Positions 1 through 11,574 are shown, counted from the whole stretch's first letter. The stretch: 63,673 nt of DNA, filler included, from Octopus bimaculoides (GCF_001194135.2; 5 parts of 5 records of this genome joined end to end with filler, not necessarily neighbours in it); one strand, 5' to 3'. The notes: a model not told the origin generated them from the letters alone. Program-made: numbers and translations.

Positions 1-84
1 GAAGTAGGAGTCGGAGCAGGAGGTGGGGGAGGGGAAAGATGGGTGGTAGGAGGGAGGGTGGGGGAGAGAGACAGGAGGAGGGGG

Positions 85-294
85 TTAGATGAAGAGTGGA
101 GGGGAGTTGAGCCCATGTGGCGCAAAGGAGCGAAGATAGAAGATTAATCCCTGTTCACGGCGCAAACGGGAGTCCGGATGGCCCCTCTGCATGGACAATC
201 CAAACACAGACAGGTGTTGCCGCAAGGAGTGGCCGGCAGAACGGAAGTGGCGTGACACCGGGGTGTCATTGCCGACGTTGATGTCTCGGAGGTG
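85..294 (-). mobile_element. Penelope-like element, C-terminal GIY-YIG endonuclease remnant (5'-truncated)
   Basis: Manual minus-strand translation HLRDINVGNDTPVSRHFRSAGHSLRQHLSVFGLSMQRGHPDSRLRREQGLIFYLRSFAPHGLNSPPLFI* fits the PLE pattern EH..I......V..HF...H....RE..I..L....P.GLN; an upstream in-frame TAA replaces the expected GAA. Confidence 0.8.
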
Positions 295-693
295 TTATAC
301 ATGTATAAATGTGTATAGTTATTTATTTATATATACATATGTGTGTGTGTGTGTGGTTTTATATATATATATATATATGTTTATATACCCAGGTTTTCAC
401 CACTTTCTCCCCCCTCCGCACTCTTTAATCATACTTCCTTTGCAAAATCCTGCCAGTTATATTATGGCATTTGTATCTCAAGAGTATGCCCTGGCACTTG
501 CCACCATCTATATCTCTCTCTTCCTGTACTCAATCATCCCATTTTTATTCTGATCTCTTTCTTTTGTGAGTATACATGGCACTTTGCCACCATCTCTATC
601 CTGATGTCTCCCACTCCCCCTCTCTCCTTCTCCTGCACTTCCTTCAGGTTGGGTAACCTTTGCAGCAGCGCACCTGCTTCTGTCTTCATTCCT

Positions 694-751
<58 letters not shown>

Positions 752-879
752 GCTGTGTAACCTTGTACCTCCTCTACATCTTTTTCTGTCTCTCTGCTTC
801 ACTATAACCTTTCATCATCTGACATAACATCACCTCCTCCAATTCCCCCTCGCCCCTCAAAAGGGAATTTTTTGTTTTG

Positions 880-1222
880 TTTTGGTGACCCTGTCAGTGC
901 AGGTGCCTCTTAAAAGCACTTAAAAGTGGTTGGCGTTTGGAAGAGCAGCCAATTGTAAAATCCTTGCCAAAACTGACCTCGCCTGTGCTTGAGCCATGTA
1001 AAAACACTAAGTCCATTCTGCTGAGTGGTTGGTATTAGGAATGGCATCCAGCTGTAAAAATCCTGCCAAAACAGTTACAGAAGTCTGGTGTAGGTTTCTG
1101 CTTGGCCAACTCTTGTCAAACTGTCCCACCCATCTGGGGCAGGCTTCTGCCTGCCTGGCTCTTGTCAAACCATCCCACCCATGCCGGCATGGAAGGCAGA
1201 CGTTAAACGACGACGACGACGA
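880..1222 (+). repeat. 3' portion of a SINE/LINE (RTE-like tail) ending in (GAC/GAT)n
   Basis: Ends CCCATGCCGGCATGGAAGGCAGACGTTAAACGACGACGAC; the same tail recurs at 7262-7320 (CCCATGCTAGCATGGAAAGCGGACGTTAAACGATGATGAT). Confidence 0.55.
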
Positions 1223-1599
1223 TAATATGTATGTATATGTATATAATTATATATCCTTCAGTTCGTTTACAGGAAACGTTTTTGAGTAATTACATAAAAG
1301 CTCCTATGTTATTATGTTAGCTATGGCCTTGTGATTCCAACTTGCAACAGCAGTTTTATGGGATTGTACCAAGCTCTGCTGACATAATGTAGGATAAATA
1401 TACTAATAATAATAATGATTCATGGATGAAATTTATAAGTATTTTAATGTATCACTATGTGTGTTTCCACAAATCATGTCTTTTTGTGACCATGATTCAC
1501 ATTCATGGAATGATTACAATACAATTTGTAATATCCATAGATATCAGGTGGGTCTTTGTTCATATGTTCATTTCTTCAGGTGATATAGCATGTACACAA

Positions 1600-2045
1600 C
1601 TTAAACACAGAAGAAGAACAGGAAAACAGGAAAAGGTACTGTAGCATGTAACTTCAGACAGAAAAATGAATGCAAATTTAATAACTGCATGATAAAGAAA
1701 GTAATTTACAAATGTAAAGTGAATGCAGATACACTAAAATATGTGCACATTGGTACAACTGGAGACACCATGAAAAATCGTCTACAAAACCATCTTACAT
1801 CAATTTCCAATGAAAACAAAAGTCACTACACATCATTATCTAATCTCATCTGGAGGTTCAAGCAGAATGGAGTGGAACATACAACTAACTGATCTATAAT
1901 AAAAAAAATATAGATCATACAATAGAACATTGTGGGTGTGTAACTTATACTTGGAGGAAACTCTGGAGATCATTACATCCAAGAACCATGTAATTAATAG
2001 GCATCCAGAAGTAATTGTATCATGCAAACATAAGATCAAAGTATC
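1600..2045 (+). mobile_element. Penelope-like element, degenerate GIY-YIG domain (second PLE family)
   Basis: CNFRQKNECKFNNCMIKKVIYKCKV...HIGTTGDTMKNRLQNHLTS...TSLSNLIWRFKQNG, then after a frameshift CNLYLEETLEII...NRHPEVIVSCKHK; this matches the Cys-rich linker plus GIY-YIG layout of PLEs. Confidence 0.8.
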
Positions 2046-2109
2046 CTTCCTAGGATTCGAAACATTACAAAATAGAGAAACACTAATCACCATTAGCATC
2101 TTATTCTTA

Positions 2110-3818
2110 GTGCAAGTTTTGAAGAATTTGGTTTGTATTGCTGTTGTATTGTGGTTTAATTATTGTTGTAGTGTTTGCTGAACACTTTGGTTTTTGCTGC
2201 CTTGTGTAAGTCTGGTTGTACTTTCCCTCCTCATAGAGGAGGTTAGGCCAGGTAGAAAAATGGAAGACATCAGATTTTCAGATTGCAGCTACACTGAGGT
2301 ATCCAATTCTGAGCAGTCGGACATTCCATGGACCACTAAGAAGGAGAAAAAAGCAAGGCTAGATAGAAGCTTTGCTGAGGTGACAAAAATATCGGAGTAC
2401 AATATGGAAAGAAACGAGTGGAAGGACTGTTCAAAAATGATGAAAAGGGAAGGAACTAATGTGGAAGTGGCAGCCCCAATGGATATTATCCTTAATATGG
2501 TGGAATGTACGGTAGTATACAAAACATATTCAGTGGACGCAGGAAGAATCAACAAAATGACGACAAATCAAGTAGAGAAAGCACTAAGGCCAGTCTGGAA
2601 GGAAATCAAATATCTAACCAGAGGGAGTAAATTTGGAACAGCTGAAGTTCGATTTAAGGATGCAACCGTAGCAAATTTGAACATGGCAACAATCTTAAGA
2701 ACTGATGAAGTGGTGATGTTGCCGATATATCGTGGAAGGTGTGCCATAAGGGTTAACGTAGAGGGAATCCCCCCAGACACCGACATGGCCTGGATAGCAG
2801 CTGCTGTCTTGTTCAGCAATGAGGAAGAGATAGCGGTTTTCCAGGCCACCAAGATGGAAACAAGAAACTGGAAAGGGCAATCCCTAAATATGATGATACA
2901 AGGACCGAAGGAAATAATAGAAGAGCTGCCGGAAACAATAGCATTTGACAGTGTAATAATGGTAGTTAGGGTAGAGAGCAGGATTCCGGCCAGAAAGGCC
3001 ACATTAGAGCAAACTGCCCTCTACAAGACAAAAAGAGAAAGGAAGAACCGGCAAGAGAAAAGGAAAAAAATAACATTACCACCACCAGCAGAAACAAAAG
3101 AAAGCGGAACAGAAGGTGAATGGGTGACACCAGGCAAGAATAGGGAAAGAAATAGGAGGAAACCAGGTAAAATAAATACAGAACCCCACTCCATCCAACA
3201 CCCANNNNNNNNNNNNNNNNNNNNNNNNNAACACCCACCCACACCCCCTTCCTCCCACCCGCTCCTTATCCCACTCCAACACAAAAACAAATACAGTCAG
3301 ACACAAGCCGTTCAACCTCTCCACCTCCTGAAAAAAAGAAAAGAAGTAACTTTGCTATTATGTATGACAATACTAATAAGGACCTGTGTGAAGAAATAAA
3401 AAGTGGAAAAATATAAGAGTGGTGGACACTTGCAAGTTCGACAATGTACAAGGGTGGCATTGCTGCCTGTTGTTGGATGAGGAGCAGAGGGAAAAAGTTA
3501 CAAAATTCAAAGGAGGATTTAAAATGTGGGAAGTCGAACTAGACATTCAAAAATTACCATGGAACATAGATTACACGCAATTACTAAAGGAGTACGGTTT
3601 CGACATCTTGAAAGGCACCAAGTACAAAAAGAAAAAATGAACAAAGGAAAAAAGAAGCAACTCAGAGGTGGAGCTGAGAATACTTCATTTCATCTCTCAT
3701 TTTCATTTTGTCATTCATTGTAACATGCACTTGTGGTCCTTTTTTTAAAATTTGTTATATGTCCCCACATGTCCTTGTATTGTCCCCTCTATGTCGGCCC
3801 CTTGTGGGCAATAAAAAT
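2110..3818 (+). mobile_element. L1/Tx1-type ORF1-only (half-L1-like) non-autonomous retroelement
   Basis: The ORF1-like ORF is followed directly by a 3' UTR ending TGTATTGTCCCCTCTATGTCGGCCCCTTGTGGGCAATAAAAA, similar to the 3' end of the ORF2 fragment at 5340-5400. No endonuclease/RT lies between them. Confidence 0.55.
2260..3399 (+). CDS. LINE ORF1-like (gag-like, RRM-type) protein; continuation probably in 3419-3640 after a frameshift or gap
   Basis: ATG at 2260 (MEDIRFSD...), long open frame with an RRM-like core (YLTRGSKFGTAEVRF...RVNVEGIPP) and a basic low-complexity C-terminus; 26-N gap at 3205-3230. Confidence 0.6.
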   Translation: MEDIRFSDCSYTEVSNSEQSDIPWTTKKEKKARLDRSFAEVTKISEYNMERNEWKDCSKMMKREGTNVEVAAPMDIILNMVECTVVYKTYSVDAGRINKMTTNQVEKALRPVWKEIKYLTRGSKFGTAEVRFKDATVANLNMATILRTDEVVMLPIYRGRCAIRVNVEGIPPDTDMAWIAAAVLFSNEEEIAVFQATKMETRNWKGQSLNMMIQGPKEIIEELPETIAFDSVIMVVRVESRIPARKATLEQTALYKTKRERKNRQEKRKKITLPPPAETKESGTEGEWVTPGKNRERNRRKPGKINTEPHSIQHPXXXXXXXXXHPPTPPSSHPLLIPLQHKNKYSQTQAVQPLHLLKKRKEVTLLLCMTILIRTCVKK

Positions 3819-4039
3819 CGACTATTCATCATTAGCATCTAACTGAACAACAGAAGGACTTTGTAGATGAACTAAACAAAAGAACCATTATATTCCTAAG
3901 TTATATTATCTGAAAATTTTAACACATTGGAATACATACATCTACGTCTCCAACTAAAACAATACACAAAATACAGTAAGTGCTTGATATTACATAACTA
4001 AGCATACATGGCAATCAATAGTAGCTGAACCTACTGGCT

Positions 4040-5404
4040 TCATGCAAACACTAGCAATGGATGGGCAGAAGTGGCAAATGCTTACATCACCTCCGTTATC
4101 ATTTATCATCTGACCATTGTGTCTCATCCCAGTTACTGCTTGACCAGGCTTGAGCGTCTCTTATTTAAGTTCCTGTGGAAGGGATATGTTCCAATGGTCA
4201 GGTGGTTAGTCTGTTGCCAGCATCCTTTGAGTGGTGGATCAGGTATGCTGTGGCTTCTAATGTGCAGACATGCTTTTTGGTTATGCCACCTGCAACAATT
4301 TCTGGACGGTGAGCGTGTGTGGGCTCCGTTTGTGAGGCTCGTCTTTCTGCAGCTCATTTCCTTGATGGAGCTGCAGTCCAGCATAAAGAAAAGACAGAGA
4401 ATGGGCACCTGGCACCTAGAATATTGTCAGGTGCTCACAGCCCTCTACCAGTCGAGCAATGGGATTGGTGGATGTTCTGCTTTAGAAATTTATAGAGGAT
4501 TAGTGGTGGGAAAATGCAATGATGTTCTTGGAGAGACTCTAGGCACCAACGCAAACAAACTGGCTAGTCTGTTCCGGAGGCCTTTCTGGTTGGGAACTAT
4601 CATGGATAATTTCCAGATGTCCTTGGTCTGGCAATCTACTGGGAGGTACTATCGGTTTGAGATAAACTCTACAGGCACGGATGTGCTCTCAGACAGACTT
4701 GTCTGAGGTGCACACAGAGTGAAGAAACCATTCTGCACGAACCCGTTCAGTGTTTGGGCATTGCTGACTTGTTGGGTTATGTCGAACAGCTGTTGTCACA
4801 TGTAGGACGGATCTCACTGTCGGTCGAGTCTGTAGGAATGATTGCCTCACCGCCCTCCTTCAATCAGGTAGGCAAGACAGTTTTCCTTTGCCTAGTGGCT
4901 GTGACGAAAAAGGTTGTTTGGTGGACAAGGCTGAAAGGCATGAGGACAGATACATTCCTCTTTGGTAGAGCTCTCATTGACTTCTTCAAGTTTCACTTGA
5001 AAAGAAATCGAGAGTGGAGAGAGAAAGGCTGTTCTTGAAAGCATTCGATAAGTGGGTGAAAGTTGCGAAAATGACAAAAGTGGACGGTACCTCTCTCACT
5101 ATAGACCTGCAAGTTGGAGAGAAGGAATTGGAGAGGTCACTTGCTCTTGGTGTTCAGGGAAATCTCAGACAGTGGGGTTCCCCAAATATCCCAAGAAATC
5201 CTCCTGTATTAGGAGTGCTATATCTCTATCATTCTCTCCCCTTTGTTTTTAAACCATTGTATACTATGTATATGTCTTTTCTTTTTCAGTGTATACCGTG
5301 TGTACTTACCCTTCTTTTTATCATTTCATTATATGTAAATCCCCACACTTTATATCTATTTTTGTATTGTTCCCCTCATCCTTTGCTTTTGTGGCAAGTA
5401 AATG

Positions 5405-5420
<16 letters not shown>
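4040..5420 (+). mobile_element. Tx1/L1-clade ORF2 3' fragment with (ATT)n tail
   Basis: LERLLFKFLWKG...CCQHPLSGGSGM post-RT motif, CLRCTQSEETILHEPVQC zinc knuckle, F..KWVKVAKM C-terminus; frameshifted; ends in AGTAAATG(ATT)n. Confidence 0.8.
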
Positions 5421-5452
<32 letters not shown>

Positions 5453-5476
5453 AACAACAACAACAACAACAACAAC

Positions 5477-5514
<38 letters not shown>

Positions 5515-5516
5515 TG

Positions 5517-5879
5517 CTGCACAAGACCAAAGCCTCCCCACCAGAAATTACTAAATACACATAATGAAAAGAAACATAACAAGTAACTGTAGAATTTGTG
5601 GAGATGGACAAGAAACAATAAATCATATTATCTCTGGCTGCCCAGTCCTGGCTAAGAAGGAATATATTCACAGGCACGACAGAACTGGGACCTATATACA
5701 CTGGAAGCTATGCCAACACTATGGAATAAAAACAGAAAAAAGATGGTATAAACACACGCCAGAAAAGGTCACAGAAAACGAGAAAGCAACCATACTCTGG
5801 GATATGCCAATACACACAGATAGAGAAATTAAGGAAAATAGACCAGATATAGTTGTCAAAGATCATGAAGAAAAAGAAA
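5517..5879 (+). mobile_element. R4/Dong-clade non-LTR element, CCHC plus restriction-like endonuclease (5'-truncated)
   Basis: AAQDQSLPTRNY...CRICGDGQETINHIISGCPVLAKKEYIHRHD...ILWDMPIHTDREIKENRPDIVVKD (RHD, WD..I.TD, NRPDI motifs). Confidence 0.85.
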
Positions 5880-6496
5880 NNNNNNNNNNNNNNNNNNNNN
5901 NNNNNNNNNNNNNNNNNNNNNNNNNNNNNNNNNNNNNNNNNNNNNNNNNNNNNNNNNNNNNNNNNNNNNNNNNNNNNNNNNNNNNNNNNNNNNNNNNNNN
6001 NNNNNNNNNNNNNNNNNNNNNNNNNNNNNNNNNNNNNNNNNNNNNNNNNNNNNNNNNNNNNNNNNNNNNNNNNNNNNNNNNNNNNNNNNNNNNNNNNNNN
6101 NNNNNNNNNNNNNNNNNNNNNNNNNNNNNNNNNNNNNNNNNNNNNNNNNNNNNNNNNNNNNNNNNNNNNNNNNNNNNNNNNNNNNNNNNNNNNNNNNNNN
6201 NNNNNNNNNNNNNNNNNNNNNNNNNNNNNNNNNNNNNNNNNNNNNNNNNNNNNNNNNNNNNNNNNNNNNNNNNNNNNNNNNNNNNNNNNNNNNNNNNNNN
6301 NNNNNNNNNNNNNNNNNNNNNNNNNNNNNNNNNNNNNNNNNNNNNNNNNNNNNNNNNNNNNNNNNNNNNNNNNNNNNNNNNNNNNNNNNNNNNNNNNNNN
6401 NNNNNNNNNNNNNNNNNNNNAAGAAGAAGAAGAAGAAGAAGAAGAAGAAGAAGAAGAAGAAGAAGAAGAAGAAGAAGAAGAAGAAGAAGAAGAAGA

Positions 6497-6715
6497 AGGT
6501 GGCGAGCTGGCAGAATCATTAGCACGCCGGGTGAAATGCTTAGCGGTATTTCATCTGCCGCTATGTTCTAAGTTCAAATTCTACCAAGGTCAATTTCGCT
6601 TTTCATCCTTTCAGGGGTTGATGAAATAAGTACCAGTTACACACTAGGGTCAATGTAATTGACTAACCCCCTTCCCCCAATATTTTCAAGGCCTTGTGCT
6701 TAGAATAGAATTAAT
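6497..6715 (+). repeat. tRNA-derived SINE family A (tail type 1)
   Basis: GGCGAGCTGGCAGAATCATTAGC head, GTTCAAATTC B-box-like, core CTTTTCATCCTTTCAGGGGTTGATGAAATAAGTACCAG, tail AGGCCTTGTGC..AGAATAGAA. Confidence 0.8.
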
Positions 6716-7229
6716 AACCAAGCAGTGGCTCTCATGGCTTCTGATCTTAATTGACTGGAAATGTTATCATGTACACTGTTTTGTCTTGGTATAAAAGATG
6801 GGCTACAGCAAATATTCTGCTCAATACCACAGATTTGCTTGTCAGTTGCTTGACCGTAACCAGTTGAGCATGTCCTTAGGCTGATGTATCTCTGATCATG
6901 AGCAGAAGTAGTGGGGAAGCATCATAGCCATGTATTGAGAGGAATTCTTTGGGGTTTGGATAATTCACCTTTGGAAACGTGTATTTTGTTCATCATTTTT
7001 AAACAACCCTTATTCAGTGACCTTTTGAGCGGGGTGGGCTACTAGACCTGAAGAAAATTCTAACTGGACCACCACTTGCAAGGTCATGTGCTGGTTATCT
7101 TGATATGAGATGACTATGTCATGCACGTGCCTGGTGTACCCTTATCTGATGGGTAGTCATGATGGGTATACTGGGCTTCGTATATGTTATCCCAGTGTCA
7201 CTTTGATGGCATGCACTGCTCTCTCATTC

Positions 7230-7230
<1 letters not shown>
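6716..7230 (-). repeat. Interspersed repeat, probable 5' part of a LINE or LINE-derived element with a structured 5' end
   Basis: Sharp boundary against (TAA)n at 7231; the minus-strand start has ACTGGG/CCCAGT and ACCC/GGGT hairpins; the family call comes from recalled similarity only. Confidence 0.35.
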
Positions 7231-7263
<33 letters not shown>

Positions 7264-7320
7264 CGTCCAACCCATGCTAGCATGGAAAGCGGACGTTAAA
7301 CGATGATGATGATGATGATG

Positions 7321-7372
<52 letters not shown>

Positions 7373-7373
<1 letters not shown>

Positions 7374-7576
7374 GGAGGCTAGCTGGCAGAATTGTTTCAC
7401 ATTGGACAAAATGCTTAGCGGTATTTCGCCCGTCACTCCATTCTGAGTTCAAATTCCGCAGATATTGACTTTGCCTTTTATCCTTTGGGGTCAACAAATT
7501 AAGTACCACTGGGGTCAATATAATCAACTCATCCCCTCCCCCCCAAAACTGCTGCTGTTGTGGCAAAATTGGAAAC

Positions 7577-7627
<51 letters not shown>

Positions 7628-8065
7628 GGTGGAAAGCTGTGGCAGAATGGTTAGCATGCCGGACAAAATACTTATTGGCGAGCTGGCAGAAACGTTAGCA
7701 CACCGGGCGAAATGCTTAGCGGTATTTCGTCTGCCAGTGCGTTCTGAGTTCAAATTCCGCCGAGGTCGACTTTGCCTTTCATCCTTTCGGGGTCGATAAA
7801 TTAAGTACCAGTTACGCACTGGGGTCGATATAATCGACTTAATCCTGTGTCTGTCCTTGTTTGTCCCCTCTGTGTGTAGCCCCTTGTGGGAAGTAAAGAA
7901 ATAGGTATTTTGTCCCTCTTTAAGTTCTGAGTTCAAATTTCGTCGACTTTGATTTTCATCTTTTCAAGGTCGACAAAAGAAGTAAAAGTTGAGTACTGGA
8001 GTCAATATAATCATCTTATTCCCTCCCCAAAATTACAGGCCTTGTGCCACAATTTGAAGAAAAAT
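7373..8065 (+). repeat. Cluster of 3-4 SINE family A copies separated by (TTA)n
   Basis: Copies at about 7373-7570, 7628-7905 (best preserved, with Tx1-like tail) and 7920-8065 share the head/core with 6497-6715. Confidence 0.8.
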
Positions 8066-8229
8066 CATTATTATTATTATTATTCATTTTTTTCATATAC
8101 ACATACGTGTGTATTTATCATTATTTTTATGTATTATATTCAATTTTAGAAAAATCAAAGCATGTCTTTGTCAATTCTGAAGTGTTTTTGAACTTATTTG
8201 TTTATGACTCTTAGCCCACTCTATACATA

Positions 8230-8508
8230 TTTCTTTATTTGTACATCTTAGACTTACAGCTGTTTCTGATATGCATTATAGATGCATTCATAGTTCTGTT
8301 TACGCAATTGCCCGACTGAAAAAATTGAAAGACCCAAACAAATACTATTATCATCAGAATGTATGGATTCTGAAAATGATAGTAATTGTTAAGGTCATTC
8401 AATTTTTTTTTCAGTCACTCTATCTACCGACTGAGAAAATGGAACTATGAATGCCTCTATAATGCATATCAGAAACAGCTGTAACTCTAAGATGCATAAA
8501 TAAAGAAA
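8230..8508. mobile_element. Foldback/MITE-like element with ~110-bp inverted arms
   Basis: The left arm TTTCTTTATTTGTACATCTTAGACTTACAGCTGTTTCTGATATGCATTATAGATGCATTCATAGTTC is the near reverse complement of GAACTATGAATGCCTCTATAATGCATATCAGAAACAGCTGTAACTCTAAGATGCATAAATAAAGAAA; inner arms GACTGAAAAAATTGAAAGACC/GGTCATTCAATTTTTTTTCAGTC. Confidence 0.8.
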
Positions 8509-9525
8509 AATGTAAAATCTATCAGTTATGCCTTTTCTTGTATATCACTCTGTGAAAAATACCATATTAACTGGGGAATGCAATGATGGATTTACAAAGG
8601 CAACAAGTGATGAAATTTAACTACAGATCTTGCTTTGGGATAACTTGGTGTTTGTTACTAATCTGAAAACCTTTTGTTAGCCTGGTGTATTTGTATTAAC
8701 AGAGAATTTGAGAAGTATTTTGTCAGGACTGATAATCCCTTATAAATAACTCGTTATTCTGATATATATACTCATAACCATCTTTTTCATCACATCATCA
8801 TTCTCAACATCACCATCATTATCATCATCATCATCATCATCGTCATTGCTCTGGGCTGACTGAAGTCATGTGAGTGGACTTGGTAGACAGAAACTGAAAG
8901 AAATCCATTGTTTGTGTACGTACATACACACTCTAAAATGTGACACAAGAAGACAATAAAGAAACATAGAAAACAGGAGAAACACAGGACGGATATGGGG
9001 GATGTAAACAGACATCACCATCATACAGTTGGTGATGTTCATTTGCAATCTTCCCGGAAAACATATGAAGTCTCTATAATCAAAGAACTGAGTGGAGTGT
9101 TACCTTATTTGGAAGTCAGTCAGTGTTTGTGACAGGAAAAGCATCCAGTTTAACAAATTTTATCTGACACTTACAAGAGTAGAATAAAGATATGTCAATT
9201 ACTATGTAAGCTAAATTTTTGATTTTCTGAAATTGTCTCCCTTTAGAGAGAAGAGTAAACAAATGCCTTGTGGAAATTGCAATCAACTCCAAATTAGATG
9301 ATTAGATAATTTCAAGAATCAAAACATTTCTCCAAAACTGCCATGCCATTAAGTAAAAGGCAACTGGAAACAAGAGTACAGCAGTGGATAATGGACATAT
9401 GTCTGTGTCTAAATAGTTGTCATAAGCTCAGCAGTTTTCCTATATTGAATTCAGAAGATGTGATACTTAGACAAAGATATACATTTTGTAGCATTAGTAA
9501 CAACATAGAAATTATGTTGAAATTA

Positions 9526-10768
9526 TGGTGAAATATCAAAAAGTTCCCAGACTAGTTCTGTAGCATGCCAACAGATTGCAGCCCATGGTTGCATGTGCAG
9601 TGACCTTCATGAGTAGTGTACCGAGTGACATCGCTGTGTTTACTTTACAAGCTGGAAATTTGTGTTTTTGTGATCATGTGTATGCTGTAGACGGCGATTT
9701 TGTCATGGACAGGAAGTTGGAACAAAGAGCCAATGTAAAATTTTGTGTTAAACTTGGGATGTCTGTTATAGAGACATTGAGCATGCTTCAGCAAGCTTAC
9801 AGCAATGAGACAATGGGTTGTACGCAATGTTTCGAGTGGCACAGGTGCTTCAAAAGCAAAAGAACATCTCTGAAAGACCTGCCATGGGCGTCACTCCCGG
9901 AAATGTAAAGAAAATCCATCAGCTTGTGCATGAGGATCATTTGAGGGCAATCAACGACATTGCTGATGTTGTTGGTCTGTGCAGGCAATCATAATGTCTG
10001 AATTGAACATGTGGCGTTTCTCTGCCAAGTTTTTCCCCCGCCTGCTGACCACTGAGCAGAAAGAACATCGCGTCGAAGTCTGTTAAGATCCCCATCAATG
10101 TGCCGCTGATGTCCCATCCTTCATGTCAAGGATCATCACTGGTGACGAGACTTGGGCCTACGGGTGTGACAGTGAGACGAATCAACAGCTGTTGCAATGG
10201 AACAGCCCTTCATCTGTTTGACCAAAGAAGGCACGACCAAGCCACAGCTCAATCAAGAGCTTACTCATCGTTTTTTCCAGCATCCATGGTATTGTGCATC
10301 AAGAATTCGTCCCCCAGGGTCAGACTGTCAACTGAGAGTTCTACTGCGACGTTTTGAAGTGTTTGAGGGAGGACATTCAGCAAAAACAACTGGATCTATG
10401 GAGCATGGAGAATTGGATTCTTCATGACAACAATGCACCCTGTCACCGAGCTCTCCTCACTCATGAGTTTTTTGCCAAAAGCAACAGGTTATCACTTCTG
10501 CATCCGCCCTATTTACCATATTTAGTACCTGTGGACTTCCATTTCTTCCCTAAGATGAAAATGCAGCTCAAAAGTCACCGTTTTAACATTGTTGTCGAGC
10601 GAATCGCAGAAGATCCTTGACTTGCTTATGGAAAGCGACTTTAAAGCTGGATTCCCAAAGTGGCAGGAATGCTGGACAAGGTGATTATTTTGAGGATGAT
10701 GTTGAAACTTAGGTAAATAAGTTATTTTTTATTGAACATAAGTAGTTCAGAAACTTTTTGATACCACC
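9526..10768 (+). mobile_element. Mariner (DD34D) transposon, near full length, inactivated
   Basis: Imperfect ~28-bp TIRs (…TATCAAAAAGTTCCCAGACTA / TAGTTCAGAAACTTTTTGATA…) flanked by TA. Transposase EQRANVKFCVKLG, IITGDETW, ILHDNNAPCH, HPPYLPYLVPVDFHFFPKMK; multiple frameshifts. Confidence 0.9.
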
Positions 10769-11021
10769 TAATGTGTATAAGACATGGACCCCAAACTACT
10801 CTGGGAGGTTAGTAACTCCAAACAGATACGGGACTGGGCTGTGATGATGATGGTCTTAATTATCTAATATCATTTTGATTTAATTAAATTCTATGTCTTT
10901 GTGCAGCTGAGGATTGCTCTGTATTTAAATTGATATAATATAATGGTTACATTGTGCAATTAAATGGAGTTGCATGAAACGATCGTACTGCATTACCTCT
11001 GGATATACTTGTTGCTTATTT

Positions 11022-11056
<35 letters not shown>

Positions 11057-11542
11057 NNNNNNNNNNNNNNNNNNNNNNNNNNNNNNNNNNNNNNNNNNNN
11101 NNNNNNNNNNNNNNNNNNNNNNNNNNNNNNNNNNNNNNNNNNNNNNNNNNNNNNNNNNNNNNNNNNNNNNNNNNNNNNNNNNNNNNNNNNNNNNNNNNNN
11201 NNNNNNNNNNNNNNNNNNNNNNNNNNNNNNNNNNNNNNNNNNNNNNNNNNNNNNNNNNNNNNNNNNNNNNNNNNNNNNNNNNNNNNNNNNNNNNNNNNNN
11301 NNNNNNNNNNNNNNNNNNNNNNNNNNNNNNNNNNNNNNNNNNNNNNNNNNNNNNNNNNNNNNNNNNNNNNNNNNNNNNNNNNNNNNNNNNNNNNNNNNNN
11401 NNNNNNNNNNNNNNNNNNNNNNNNNNNNNNNNNNNNNNNNNNNNNNNNNNNNNNNNNNNNNNNNNNNCTTAATTTAATTTTAATTTTTATAAATTGATTT
11501 TAATTGAGTTTTTACCTGTAATTTTGGATTTTTATCCCTAAT

Positions 11543-11574
<32 letters not shown>

